This document shows positions 43,918-58,531 of a stretch of 64,000 nucleotides of DNA, piece after piece. Source of the DNA: Chrysomallon squamiferum. Taxonomy: Eukaryota > Animalia > Mollusca. The notes beneath the pieces are model-generated. The model was not told where the DNA came from, made no database searches, and worked only from the letters and a program-made list of their open reading frames with translations. Location of the stretch: assembly GCA_012295275.1 (NCBI GenBank), contig CM022672.1:9982001-10046000 (forward strand), given 5' to 3'. Both the position numbers and the translations under genes were made by a program. The number at the start of each line of letters is the position of its first letter. Positions within the stretch are counted from its first letter, which is position 1.

Positions 43918-44137
43918 TTAAGCAACAACGAAAGCAAGATACTACTGGATTGGTTTGAGGTATGTAAACAACAGTCCGATGTGGGTTGACAACACTCGGG
44001 CGGAGTTTACAGACTGGGCCAATGGTGAACCAGACACAACTCAAAACTGCGTCGTTTTGAATCCAGTCCGACATCACCGCTGGGATGATAGGAAGTGCAC
44101 TTTGACATTTTACGGTATTTGCGAAATCCGAGCATAA
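40311..44137 (+). CDS. Secreted coiled-coil C-type lectin, paralog L4 (336 aa, Gln/Pro-rich N-terminal extension, basic CTLD)
   Basis: Exons 40311-40631, 40916-40976, 41658-41715, 41890-42050, 43258-43452, 43923-44137 (phases 0,1,2,1,1). MKQFYVVFALLLSF...; Q/P-rich tract; CQQILQYISQGNPLPIPYRCDC; coiled coil; NCPD; YWIGL, FTDWANGEPDTTQNC, RWDDRKC, GICE. Confidence 0.9.
42109..42730 (-). mobile_element. Second copy of the non-autonomous Tigger/pogo element, in L4 intron 4
   Basis: TA|CAGTGGTACCGTGACTTACGAGTT at the left end and a degenerate right TIR AACTCGTAAGTCAAGGTACCTGTCTG|TA. It aligns along its length with 21396-22096 and has the remnant MDSKKVSAKDNVEKKKRMMSIELKHEIIEKHDQGV. Confidence 0.85.
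43700..43840. repeat. Short degenerate tandem repeat in L4 intron 5
   Basis: Several copies of CTCTGACA..ACATAA.AGAGACAAT-like units. Confidence 0.6.
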
Positions 44138-47100
44138 CGTGAAAGTTTTTAAAATTACTGAGTTTAACATAATAAAAACGAATTGAACGAAATATGTTTA
44201 CTTTGTTTATACTTTGGATATCTAATTCTATATCTATCTGTCTATACGTGTGTGTGTGTGTGTGTGTGGGCGGGGTAAGAACGTGTTTTTTTTTGTGTTT
44301 TTTTTTTCAAAAATATTTCGTAAGGAAATGTTTCGTTATTACGCCAGTACGTATTTAATCACGTTATTTGGCATCAAACGTTATGGATAAACAACATAAA
44401 GAAATAGATGAAACCTATTTGAATGATATCATGAGTTATTCTTTTTTTTATTATTAGCAACAAGCGATCTTTTATTTGCATATTCCCTTAAAGGAATAAG
44501 CATAAAAAAAAATCACGTCCTTTGAAAAGAGGCGTCTACCGTGTCATATTATTTCAATTAAAAATTGACATTTCATAAACTATGGAAGTTAGCAAAACAT
44601 TGGAGTGACATTTTTGCAACTTTCCTGAAGACCAGTCCAGTCAAATGTTGTCTTTATTTCATTACTTACATTTCTCTATATTTAAACACTAATGATGATT
44701 TGCTAGACGCTGTCGTTCTCATATACATCATTATGCTAAATAAGAGCTAAATAAGAGCTAAATAACAAAAACTGGACATCATATTAACAACACCTTATAA
44801 CCCATACGTCTTACGCCAAAAATTAAGAATTTTTATTTATTACTTTTACAAAATCTATTTCAACAATAATTTTTATGTATCCACTTATTGGAGGCTGGGG
44901 GCATAAACCCACTGTGATTTTATTCATTCCTGTAGCCATTTGCTTTAGGTCACTGATAACTCTCAGTTTAGTACTTTCCATTGGAATATTTTTATTGGAT
45001 TTACCCTCACTTAACAATAGAACAAGAGTCAAATAATAAACTAGCCAATTATCAGAAACAAAAAGATAATTCATCATATATTTATATATACACAGAAATT
45101 AGATGTTAATCGTATCAACAACTAGTGCATCTAAAGTTGCAGTGTTGTGTGTGTTTGTGTACGTATGCATGCGTGCACTGGGAATAACTTTTTACTGTCT
45201 TAAGATATCAGTTTTATCCCGTGATGATAAGAAGGATTCGATCCAGCAAGGCTATGCAGAGCATGATAAAGCTGATGTCTGAAAACAACAATCAGTTAAT
45301 GTAAATAACATAAAATATACTGAAGTCATAACAGTTCTGTCCCAAAAAGCTGCATTTCTGGTCAGTGCCTGAAAGCAAAGAACCTTATTTAGTCATCATA
45401 TGAAGACTTTAATTAAAAAACACAACAGACGCAAAAACCAATATTATAAAAAAAAAAAAAAAACCACCAAAATTTCAGCGTTTGACGGTTGTTCAATGCC
45501 CCTATAACCATTTTCCTCAAAATTCTATATCCGCCGCTACATAACATTATGAACTCCAGAGCAGAAATAGTCATTTTTCTCAAAACAAAGAAAATGGATT
45601 TATCGTGTTTTGGAACCAAACTCTTCCTATCTTCAAGTCATAAATTGCGAGAAGGGACAGATTTAACAGAGTGTTCATGGATGCATTATATACCATTCCA
45701 GATAACTGAGAAAGAAAACTGACTTGAAGATGCTTTAATTTAAAATAATAGAAAACTCATTGAGATGCACAAAAAAAAAGTAAAAAGTTGAAAATTTCTG
45801 TCTTTTGGCAACAATTGTCTTGATTTTATTAAAAATATAATAAAACAGATAAAAATAAATATAAACAATCGTGTGAAAAAAGTTATTCAGAATAATCTAA
45901 TTAAAACTGCTTGAAGCAAGGTTGATTTGGCTGAATTTTACTGGCTTTGAATCCATATCTACCATATCGTACAAAAACCTTCAAAAGGGACATAAAACAA
46001 CTAATCTGAAATGTCTTTCAGCTGATTTCAAACACTTCAGACATGGGACAAACTAAAAATCTCTTAACCAGTTTGATGCTCAAAGATCAGTTAACTAGGG
46101 CAATGGGGGCATTGGTGTTGTTAATACTGTAAGAAATAGGCAAGCAAAAATAATTTGAAAGCAACATGTATTTTTGTAATTTTATTCAGCATTATCAAAT
46201 AGGAACCAGGTATATTGTAAATAAAGATTTTGATTACAAAAAACTTATAAACAAATATAATAATGATAATAATAATAAATAAATAAATAAATAAAAAATA
46301 AATAGAGATAAATAATTAAATAACTTGATAAATAAATAAATAATAATAATAATTAATAATAAACAAGCTATAATAATAACAATAAAAGTAATTAATGATA
46401 ATAATAACAACAATAATAAAAAGCTTTAGTAATAACAACAATAAAAGTATTTTTAATAATAATAAAGTAATAAAATCTTTTTCAAGAAAAACAAAATTAA
46501 TTTAAAAAGAATTTTAAAAATCTCAGGTTTGATTCTTTTGTACTTTTCTATTTGTGTGCTAGGATCTGAATATGGAACTCAAACTTTGTTTTGTTTTTTG
46601 TCTTCAACAAGACAGAAAAACAAAACTACAGATATTGTAGTATAACACAAACGTTTATCAATTGTTAATACTTGACAAAACTAACAGTTATACATTTAAT
46701 ACAAAATTTACTAGTATTTTCTAAATACTTTTAATCAATACATTTGGAAAAGAAAGAAAAAAAAATTAAAAAAAAGGAAGAAAATAAAAGGTTAAACATA
46801 ATGTATCCGTCACAGGCTAAGCTATTTGGCATTCCCAAACATATAACATTAATTAATTTCTACAGATTATTATGGGTAATATATTTTTTTCACAGTGTCA
46901 TTTGAATTAAATGTTTTACTGGCAAACTTAAAATTGTTATACTAAGAATAAAATAAATTATTATAAAGATTGTGTGAGCTTTCTATGTGATTACAATAAA
47001 TAAATAAATAAACAAATAAAAAGGAATTAAAAAAAAAAAAAAAAGGTAAAATAATTAAAATTAAGAAATAAAAATAAAAATAAATATATAAAATAAAATA

Positions 47101-48917
47101 AAAATAAAAATAAATATATAAATAAAAAAAGGTAAAATAATTAAAAACCAATAAATAGATGTATGAAAATAAACAAATAGAAATAATCTAAAAAAAAAAA
47201 CAGAAAGTTATAAAATAAAATTTAAAGAAATTTAAAAAAAAATAAAAATAAAAAATAAAAAACCCCAATAAAACAATAAGATCATATCTTAAAAAAAAAA
47301 GAAGAAACTATTGTTAAAAAAATAACAAAACCTTTTTTTTAAAGTTTTATGACGGCTATTAATAAAATAATAAAATACACTATACCAGTTATGAATTTTA
47401 TATACCAGTGAAAATTAACCCTGAAGCACTGGCACAATTACTAGTACACATTTACATATATATCTGATATACATTTATGAAACCTGGATTACTATTTTGC
47501 CAATAAAAGTTAAAAATACATTTCAGTGTTAGTATATGACTGTTATTTTCTTGACTATTTCGAACAACTAATGTGTTTTATGTTAACATAATTTATAATA
47601 TATAAAACAACAACAATTTAAAAACAAAACAAAGTAATTAAAGTTTATTTCTTTCTGCCAGACAATAACAGTAGTTACTTCAACAATTGTAATTCACTAA
47701 TTGAAGATCTCAATTAAATCAAGAAATCAGTTAAATTACAACAATAAACACCTGTAAAATTTAGAAGTTTTAAAAAATTTGTCTTATTATAGGAATTTCA
47801 AATATTTTGTAAAAGGAAACTTTAAGAAATTATGTGTATGTATGTTTTTGTGTGTGTGTGTGTGTGTGTGTGATGTAATTTCTTATATATATAATTTAGC
47901 TTGCGTAGAATGATAAATTCTTTAAAAAAAATAAAAGCCAAAGTTTCCATGCACCATGATATATGTCTTCATTCAAAGTATATGAAATACAAATATTATT
48001 AATCTATATAACTTATAATTGGAAAAATTATAGATAAATTTCACATACTGTTTTGTATGTATTCTGCATCTATATATCTATAGGTGTATATATCTCTGTG
48101 TGTGTACGCCTATGTATCAACAGGTATGCCTGATTTATATACATAAATCAAAAATGATTATTCTAATTAACAGTACTGATGATAGATTGGTATCTCCTAT
48201 TAGAAAACATGCACCAGTCCAAACAACCCAATAAAGTTTTACAAGTTCACATTTTATTCAAATCAAATGTAGTAAAGACCTGAGCAAATACTAAATGGTT
48301 AGTAAGTTTCATTCAGTCACTTATAATTTATAAGAACAAATTTTTAAAAAGGTTTTAAAGTAGATACTAGATAGACTGAAAATCTTATATATCTATTTAA
48401 CAAAAAAAAGTTTAAAAAAAATATTTTCAAAAGGCTTGATTGTAATCTGATTAAATTAGATTAAATGAACTATATATTTAAACCAAACTTTGAAGGCCAC
48501 CCTTGAAATAAAAATATACATGGTCATTCAGCCAATAACATTTCTTGGTGTGTTTTCTGTTAATTGTTGCTTTTTTTATTTAACATAAAACGGTTTTGTT
48601 ATTAAAATTTAAAAAAATTTAAAGTTTTCAGTAAAATTAACCAGATGATTCTGAACTCTCATAATTCTTTAATAAGTCATTAATTTTTACATTAAGGTAA
48701 AAAATCAAATGTCAACTGCATATTGACTATATTTGTGTCTGCGTATATTGAAATATAACAAACATATGTGTAATAATGTTTTTTTTTATTATATATGTAA
48801 TAATCTGTGTCATCATTTGTATATAATGTGTGTATATATAAAGAAATAAAGATGTAAAAAAGTTAGATATAAAGTAATTTCACAGTTCTAATAGTCAGCC
48901 TGGTAACACAGCACAAT

Positions 48918-50615
48918 TCACATGAATAATCCACCTGAAAAACATAAAACATATATACACACATATATATATTCACACACACAATTTAAGATACAAAATG
49001 CTTTCTATATGTCCCTATGTATGTTTGTGTTCATGCTCATACAAGAGTGTTGGTATGTATATATGTGTTGGTATGCATACATTTGTGAGTATGAAACAAA
49101 AATTAACAATTTTATTTATACTCATAAGAAAACCTTTTTGTTAATAAATAATAATGATTCATAATAATTCACAATATATCAGCATCCATTAAACATGTAA
49201 AATATTCAAACAGAAGAAAAACATAAATATGTGCTAGTAGTTATTCTTTATCTTTATTTTTTAAATTTCTCATCAGATTGGAACTTTAATTATGTCAAGA
49301 AATTAATTTATTTGCTGATCTTCATGTTCTGTAATACCTTTCTTTTTTATAATTAATATTTAAAAAATTTTAAAAACCATAATTAAATTAAAATGAATGG
49401 TATCAAGGCTGGATGTTCTGCATGTAGAAAACACAAAAAAGGACTTTACTTATGGAGAGTGTTGTATTAATCAATTATTTTAATGATTTCACATACATGT
49501 TAACAATCATCAGGTTTTTTTTAACGTAGTACTGACATGGTATGTTGTTCATGTTGTTAAAATATCAGTGTATTGTTTTGAACTCACCTGTGACTTCTAG
49601 GCAGGATCCAGTGATGTAACGGCTTTTGTCTGAGGCTAAGAAAACACAAGCATCTGCAATATCTAGAAAACAAAACAACATTTAAGTATGTATGTCTATC
49701 TGTATGTATGTATATGTATGCATGCACATGTACACTGAGAAATTTATTGCTGAATTTCATTTCTCATTCATAAAAGCAAAGACTAATTCACAGCTTAACT
49801 CAAGCACATGCACAGTTAACTTACTCCTCCGGTTCATTTTAAATAGTATAAATTCTCTTTTACTCTAAATATTTGTAACCTATAAAATTAAACTGAAATA
49901 TTTCTCAGTCTCAGACTTTACCTTCAGGTTTTCCAAACTTTCCCATAGGTATCAACAAATTGACAACATCTTTAATCCGGTCAGGTACCACATCGGTCAT
50001 TGGTGTCTCAATATACCCAGGTAACACAGCGTTCACTCGAATATTGAATCTGAAATATTATTACAAACCTGCAGTGAGCAAGAAACTCAGCTTGAAATAA
50101 TAAGACAAATATAAATTTAGAACAGATCACAGGCAGACAAAGAGGGGTAACTATAATTCTTTGATTACGTTCCTTTGTGAATTATCTCCCTTAACTTGTT
50201 TTCTGGGCTGTAGATTCAAGTCCCACTAAAACATACACACTCACTCTCTCACACACACTCACACTCACAGTCAAATGTACACACCAATACACTCTCTCTT
50301 TCACAAACAAAACACACTCAGACAGACATAAAACAAACACATAAAATTGCAACAAACACGGTTAACAAAGTTAAACAAATAAAATATGGATCCAAGAAAA
50401 CATGGGCAAAAAAATGTCTTCAGGAATAATAGACTCTAATTATAACAATACTTACTTAGCTAGTTCTTTGGCTGCTGTCTTGGTCAGACCAATAACTGCA
50501 GCTTTTGATGCTGTGTAATTTGGCTGGCCAATATTTCCTACCTAAACAGAGTTTTAAATATTTTCATAATCACATATTTCATATACATCTGTAGACCTCA
50601 AATTTGACAAGAACA

Positions 50616-50647
<32 letters not shown>

Positions 50648-51898
50648 CTCTCAAACTGGAGCACACTATCTACTTGTGGTAATTGTTTTTGAAATCTGAT
50701 ATCTAATTGTTTTGTACTGTTACTTTACATTACATTTCATTACATAAAAGATGAAAATATGTCAAATCTTGTATTTAAAAAAGAAAAAGAAAAATGGAAT
50801 ATGAATATTATTTTTTTTTTTTTAAATTTTGTCATTTGAAATATAACAATTGTATTATTAAACATTATAACAAAGTGAAAGATCTGAACTTAACATTCAT
50901 AACCTACAGAGCTATGTTACTTTGAAAACAAAAGATAAACTGAAATATATTTTAAAACAAGACATTTGTTACCTTTGCTGTAATACTTGATATGTTGATG
51001 ATGGAACCTTTTGGTGTCTCAGCATCTTTAATAGCCAAACCCACAGCCTGGTTTATCAGAAAAGTTCCCTGAAATACACAAGATTAATGAACACTCCCAT
51101 TCTTTTAAATAACAACAAAATAAAATAAATTAGTAAACCAGAACAAAACAGGCTTAAAAATAATAATAATAAGAATAAGAATAAGAATAAGAATAAGAAT
51201 AAGAATAAGAATAAGATAATATATTGATAATAATGATCATAATTGATAATAATAAGAAGAAGAAAAAGAAGAATGATAATAACAGTAGTAATAAAGATAA
51301 TAATAACAATATGATGATGATGATAATAACATAATAATGATGATAAAAAAACAGAATAAAAAAAAAATTAATTAATTTTTAACACAAAGCTGTCTGGTTT
51401 TAAAATATTTAATTTTTTTAATTAATTTTCATTAATATAAAACATGATATTAAAAAAAAAAAAAAAAAAAAATTAAAAATAAATTCAAAGAAATTAAAAG
51501 TTAAATAAAATAAATAAACAACATCAAGAGTAATAAATTATTATTATTATTATTATTATTATTATTGTCATCATTATTATTAGATATTATTATTTTTAAA
51601 TGACAACAGAAAACAATTTCAAAATGGAAGACTGACCTTCACATTGATTTCCATGACCTTGTCAAAGTTCTTCTCGTTCATTTTCAAGAGGAAGTGGTCT
51701 CTGGTGATTCCTGCAGAGTTGACAGCAATCATGAGCGGCACTTTGAAGTGAGATTTCAGTTGTGACATCATCGCATGCACCTCCGTGGACGATGAAATGT
51801 CAGTGCCAAAAGCTATGTGAGGAGAATCTGAAAAAATCATATAAAAATTAAATTTAAAACTAAAATATACATTTTTTGTACTTTAAAAATGAAATAAA

Positions 51899-51968
<70 letters not shown>

Positions 51969-52455
51969 AATAATAATAATAATAATAAATAAATAAATAT
52001 TACAAATAAGAAGAAACAGAAACTGAAAAAAAAAAAAATCTGAAAATTTGTAAAAGTAAAAAAAAACATATTCATAACTAAAAATATAAATACTTTGTTA
52101 ATAAATAAATAAATAAATAAGTAAATAAATAAATAAAATGCATTATTTAATTAATATTTTACTACTAACTAAATCTGCAAGAAATAAACTTAAACACAGA
52201 GATGTTTAAAATTCATGCAGTATATTTTGGGAAGATGTTCATTACCTTGTGACAACATGGAAATTGTGGTTTCTGCATTGTTTTTGTTGATATCTACAGC
52301 TGCCAATATGGCTCCCTCTTTTGCAAAGGCCTGACACACTGCACGTCCAATTCCACTTCCAGCTCCTGTAAGTAACAAATAAAATTTCTCAACTTACTGT
52401 TAGAAATAGTTCATTATTTTTTGTCCCATTATCAAGATGCATAGTTAATAATAAT

Positions 52456-52512
<57 letters not shown>

Positions 52513-52989
52513 TACTAATAATAATAAATAAACTACATAAAAATTAAAATTAAAAATGTAAAACAAAAATATATTTCAATTCATCAGTTACATTTCTTCA
52601 GTAGCAGAAAAAAAATAATTCATATGTATCTTTCTCATGACTTGAAAATAAATAAAAATTATCTTTTTCTTATTCACATATATAATATATTCTTTCTCTG
52701 ATATAATTACACGATTATGTTTTTATCTGTTTTGTTTTAACAACTTGAAAGATATTGTCATCCATAATGCATTTTCATAATGTAATTCAATGTGTGTGTT
52801 TACAGGTTTGATTAAATATTGTTATCTGATACCATATTATCTAAGTCAGATAAAAACCACAGACATGATGTCTCATAAATATAACATTACATAGAGCAAA
52901 CTGGTCAAAAATAAATAAATTTAGACCAGTGGTACAACATTTAGGACACATCAAATACCCATTCAAAATAATAATAATAATAATAATAA

Positions 52990-53020
<31 letters not shown>

Positions 53021-53176
53021 AAGAAGAAGAAGAAGAAGAAGAAGAAGAAGAAATAAATAAATAAATAAATAAAATTAAACATTTTTGAAATTTTAAAAAC
53101 AATTAAATAAAAAGATTTTGGAAAATGATTTGTACTGTCAGTTCCACGCATAACATTAATAAATGTTTTGTGTCTT

Positions 53177-53209
<33 letters not shown>

Positions 53210-53864
53210 TTGTAGTAGTAGATGTAGACGCAATTTCAAAAGTAGTAATATCAACATTCTTCAAAAATGCTTTGAATTTCATCACAGAAGTAGAATTCTT
53301 TTTACAGTCTTTGTTATATTTGTGTATTACATACGTATATTATTAAACTGAGATCAGTATTTTTTAAAATGAGGTATCTTTGAAACTTTATTATTATTAA
53401 ACTGTTGATATGTATTTTATGGTACTGTAGAAAACTAAATAAATCTTTGAAATGTTGAAAGATTTAGATCACAGTTATTACATCACAGTTATGAAAGATG
53501 TTTTTCCTTCAAATGTTAATAACAATGGCCCAGAACACACTTGTACTCAAGGAAAAAGGTCTGGTAGTTGCCTCAACAGGTTATTGCTAATAAACAGATA
53601 TTTGTTTCAGTAACTTATTACCAAATAGTGAATAAAAACATTTACTTTTTACTTTTTTTTTTTTTTTCTCTCTCTCTTTTTGTAAATTCCAAATGACACT
53701 GTTAACTGATATGAAATATTTTATTATTTAGATTATATAGCTGTTTTGTTTAATACACTGTAACACTTTGTTTTCTCTGAAGCAAAAGTACTTGAAGTAG
53801 GGGGAGTAATTCGTTCTTGAATTTTATTTTTGAATATTATTTTTATTATTATTATTATTATTAT

Positions 53865-53895
<31 letters not shown>

Positions 53896-54414
53896 GGTGG
53901 TGGTGGTGGTGGTAGTAGTAGTAGTAGTAGTTGTTGTTGTTGTTGTTGTTGTTGTAGTGTACCTAAAAGCATTTACTAGTATTCCAACGCCTCAGTCTGT
54001 GCATAAAACATCTAACTCAAGCTTTCGAGATCTTTTGCCCTAACACGTTAAACAAAAGTTCAAATAAAATGTCTACTATTTATTGACCAAACGGCCTTTA
54101 CCAACAGAACACATACTCTGGGTTCTACCTCATGATATAAGCAATGATTTATCGTGAATTCTGTTTCTAAAAAGTAAAATTTCAGCTTTTTGTTAACAGG
54201 GATGGAATGTCCGACTCAAATGTAAGTCACGTAGAGACACAGCTACTCAACCAATCAGTTTTTCATCACGAAAAGCTTAGCGCAGGATTAAATTAATTCT
54301 TCCTGCTTTTATACGGTTCATTATAAGTGCGAAGGCTCCATAGTTTGTTGCTTTTAAAAATGATTTACCTGTTACAAGCGCCAATCTTCCAGCTAATAAC
54401 CCCCCTGTCGCCAT
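48918..54414 (-). CDS. HSD17B8: Short-chain dehydrogenase/reductase, (3R)-3-hydroxyacyl-CoA dehydrogenase / estradiol 17-beta-dehydrogenase 8 (KE6), 252 aa
   Basis: Exons 54414-54369, 52365-52246, 51827-51637, 51068-50973, 50541-50456, 50049-49922, 49662-49588, 48934-48918. Motifs LALVTGAGSGIGRAV, VNSAGITRD, SIINISS, GNIGQPNYTASKA (YxxxK), IRVNAVLPGYIETPMT. The C-terminus EVTGGLFM* is as in HSD17B8. Confidence 0.93.
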
Positions 54415-55133
54415 TCTGTAGATAGTTCTATTTATAATTCGGAACGTCCTTCTGCAGCATTTATTTTTAGAAAATAATTCTGCCATGACCTCCAATCAAA
54501 TTACAACATGCGTCATTTTGGTTCATTAACATCTTAACAAGCCATATGAACTTAATAATAATCAAAATCAAATTTATTTTTCTCGTTAAAATCCTTTTGT
54601 TTTATGTATATTAATAACACTATAGAATTTTTTTCTGTTTGATTGTAACGTAAATGCCATTTTGTTATTCTTAAAGTCCGCTTTCCAACAAAGTTTCTTG
54701 TCCGTTTCGTGTTGTAGAAGGGGGTTTTCACAGGAAGACCAAAGCCTGCTATGTAATCATTCTACTGTTGGTTACATTGTTTTCATTAACTGTGTGACGT
54801 ATATACATTTATTATTATTATTTTAAAATTTTATTTGGTGATTTGTAAAGAAATCGCTAATGATGATATAACAGAAACACGTAACTACACTTTATGGAGC
54901 CGCTGAATACTAACTTAAACTGAGGAACGGACAATGTTAAAGTAGCATTTGCGGACGCGGAACATGAATTAAATTTGATTAACCTAATAAATAGATAATA
55001 TTGATCAGTCAAATAAGTATTATATATATATATATAATTTTCACATAAATATATTTTTACAAATACACCACTGATTTTATTGACTTCTGAACTTTTCATT
55101 TTTGTTTTGTTCAGATGCAGTATACATATTAAA
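54415..55133. promoter_or_regulatory. Divergent promoter region of HSD17B8 and WDR6, including a WDR6 5'UTR intron
   Basis: The start codons are about 0.72 kb apart and head-to-head, in a locally CpG-richer region. A strong acceptor TTTTGTTCAG at 55114 precedes the WDR6 ATG and implies an upstream non-coding exon. Confidence 0.5.
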
Positions 55134-55796
55134 ATGGAACTAAAAGCACAGGATCAGCAGCCTTTAAAATTAACAACAGATTTTTACACAGGTCATGTGA
55201 CTGCAGTTTATCATCACAACTCATTCATTTTAGCAGGTAATGTTGGCAATTTATATATCTGTCTTTTTATTCTAAAGAATAGATTTTTTGGGGTCATTTT
55301 TAAATATATTTTTTAAAGAATTAGAAGCAATCAGATGTCTAACAATTGTTATATTATTTAACACTTAGTAATCAATAATATATTTGTATATCTACATATC
55401 AGGTTATATTAACAGTGGCACACCCATATTTTTGGTGTTCTGGGGGCCCATTGCAAGCAGCAACTACATCTCAGATCTAGATTGAAATATTGAAGGAATG
55501 TGGACTAAAGTCACTTCTGATTTCCTTACTGAATTAGCAATTCTAAAGCTTAAGCTTCCCAATATTTTAATACTGACATATTGTTTTAGCATATAAGGCT
55601 GCCAATCCAATGTCTGCTGTTTTCAAATAGCAGCCGTGGATCTTTCATATGTTGTTTGCCGTAGACAGGAAAAAACATTCTATGTTTTCTGATAATCCAG
55701 TCATTGATTGGTGTGGGCAAAATAAACCTGAAGTCTGCAGCAAAGGAATCTCAATTTTAAACCATTGTGCATTAGATCTGGTCTCTGTATACATAA

Positions 55797-55827
<31 letters not shown>

Positions 55828-56818
55828 ATTAGTAAGTAAATAAGTAAGATAGTAAATAAATATATTCTGCATGAAAACAAAACAAAATAAGCAAAACCTT
55901 AACACAAATTAAATGTAAAGAGTACTTGAATGTTTCCAAGCTAGTAAAAAATGTCTTCTAATAGGAATAATAACTTTTGTGTTTGACTATTTTGTTTAGG
56001 AATTGGTGGTAACATAGAAGTGTTTGATATAAACAGAAGAAAACTGGTTTATTCTCAGTATGTGTTTCCCTATCGAAACATCCATGGCATAAAGAAAGGT
56101 AAGATTTAAACAGTATCATTAAATGACCTTATATGGAAAACCCCCAGATAACAATTATAGGAAAATCAATAAAGTAAGATATTATTAAACTTTTAAAGAG
56201 CTATATTATATTTACAAAAAAAAAATTAAAAAAATAGATATATAAAAATAAAGAATACAAAAAAAAACTTGTAAAGTTATATAAAAATAAAGAATACAAA
56301 ATAAAAAATTGTATAAAACAATAAAAATTATCACCAAAAATTCAACAATGTAATTCTAAAATATGTTTTTAAAATGTTATTAGTTTTTAATAATTCAGTA
56401 AATAAGTTGATGAATCTAAATCAGAAATTCACTGATGTTAAACACTTTTGAATAATAAATTTTACCCATAATATTATCTACATTACAGATAATGTTTTGT
56501 TTATTTCAGAGCCTGGATCTGATTATTTCTGTATCTGGGGGGAGAAATGTTTCAGAGTTTTTAAGTTTGTCACCAACAATGGATTAGTAAGGTGAGTCAG
56601 ATGTTTTTCTGTAATTAATTAGAATAATTATATTTTATATTGTGTGTGTTTGTTTATTTAGGTAAAGAACAGAAATGAAGATATATTAAATGTGTTTTTT
56701 GTTACAGGTTACAGTTGTTTAGTGACATCACAGAAGTGGAAGACTGGATCTGGGACATTCAGTGGTTGAAAGAGGTATTATATGTGAAACAGTTAATAAT
56801 AACAACAACAACAATAAC

Positions 56819-56868
<50 letters not shown>

Positions 56869-57511
56869 CAATAATAATAGTAACAGTAACAACAACAACA
56901 GTAACAGCAATAACAGTAATAATAACAATAATAGCAATAACAAAACAACATTAATAATAACAACAACAACAGCAGCAACAGCAACAACAATAACAAAACA
57001 ACACCAACAACAAAAATCAAAATGCAGATACAAACAAAGATAAAATTTAATAATTTTAATAATTGCTGCTTATTTATTTATTTATTTATTTATTTTTATT
57101 GGAAAAGATTTCTGAAATTTTTTTTATAATCCAGAAATCTGGTTAACTCATTTAGCATGTTGAATATGTCTTTGATTATTGAAAACTGTTTTATTTTTAA
57201 ATTCTTTAGGATGACAATACCAGTAGTCTTGCTATAGCGTTGGGCCACAATGTTGTTCTGCACTTGGATTTTGTCAAGGGGATGCAACTGCACAGAGAAA
57301 ATTGTGAAGAAAAATGTATACTGTATCCAACTTTTATCACGTTTCGTTATAATTTGTTATCTTTATCACAACATGTAATTGTTGCATATAAAGAATATAA
57401 AAATATTATGTGTGTTTCTATATATATATGTTCTTTTTATTTTATTATATATATATATATATAGATATATCGTTCTTGTGCTCTAGGCCTCAAAATACTT
57501 GTTGCTAATAA

Positions 57512-57552
<41 letters not shown>

Positions 57553-58498
57553 TTTAACAGTCCTAAGTATTTTAGTGTACAACCATAATTCTTTTGATTT
57601 TTCAATTTCCAATCAAATCAAAGTTTTAGATTTTGATATAATTTGGCTATTCCTGGCTACATTGTAGATTAACATCTTTAATCACATGCTTAAATTAATG
57701 CAGAAAAAGTTGCTTCATTAGAACCAGTAATTTCATTAAATGTAATTTTTTGAGGTAATCATTAAGAGTGTGTTGAAAATATTCAGCATTTCACCATTAA
57801 TGATAAGAATAAACCAAATATGATTTTTTAATGAATATCTCTGTTATCTTGTGCTCATATTGCCTCCAAGCAGTGTCTATTTTAAATTGATCTTCCTGTA
57901 GCAGGACAACACATACCATAACCATTAGTATGCTCTCAGTGAACATTTGCTGTGGTTTGAGATTATAATTATTAAATAAATAATTATATTAACAAACAAA
58001 CAAATAAATAATAAAAATTAAAATTAAATTTTACACAATTTTGTTTGACCTCTTGACCAGATTTTCAGATACTCGGCTAATTTTATTGGTGACCAGTGGT
58101 CAGATCTTGTTTTGGCCGCTGGGACTGTTTTTAATCAGGTGGTCATCTGGGCTGTTTGTGGACAGAGGTCAGATGATAATAAAAGAGAAGTAATTCACAG
58201 GCTGTCAGGTCATGACGTATGTGTTGACTTTGTTTTGTATGAATATTCATGAGATTTCAATGATACATGTAACTTGTAAAATATAAGGAATTATTTTCTA
58301 TGTTAATATACATATCAACTGTAGTTAAGTGTGATTCATATGTTATTGCACTGTTAAACTTCAAACAATTTATTATGCTTTGAATTATTTAGAAATAAAC
58401 TTGATTAAGTTTTTTATTTATTTTTTAAAACTTTTAAACACTGTATGATATTTACTTATGTGTATATATGTGTGAGTGATATACATATATATATATAG

Positions 58499-58531
<33 letters not shown>

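Noticed and set aside
45221-45282. GTGATGA...CTGA box C/D-like pair
   Set aside because: It is intergenic with a weak stem and no identifiable guide sequence.
54860-54923. ATGATGA...CTGA pair resembling a box C/D snoRNA upstream of WDR6
   Set aside because: There is no convincing terminal stem or recognisable rRNA antisense element, and such motifs arise by chance in AT-rich DNA.
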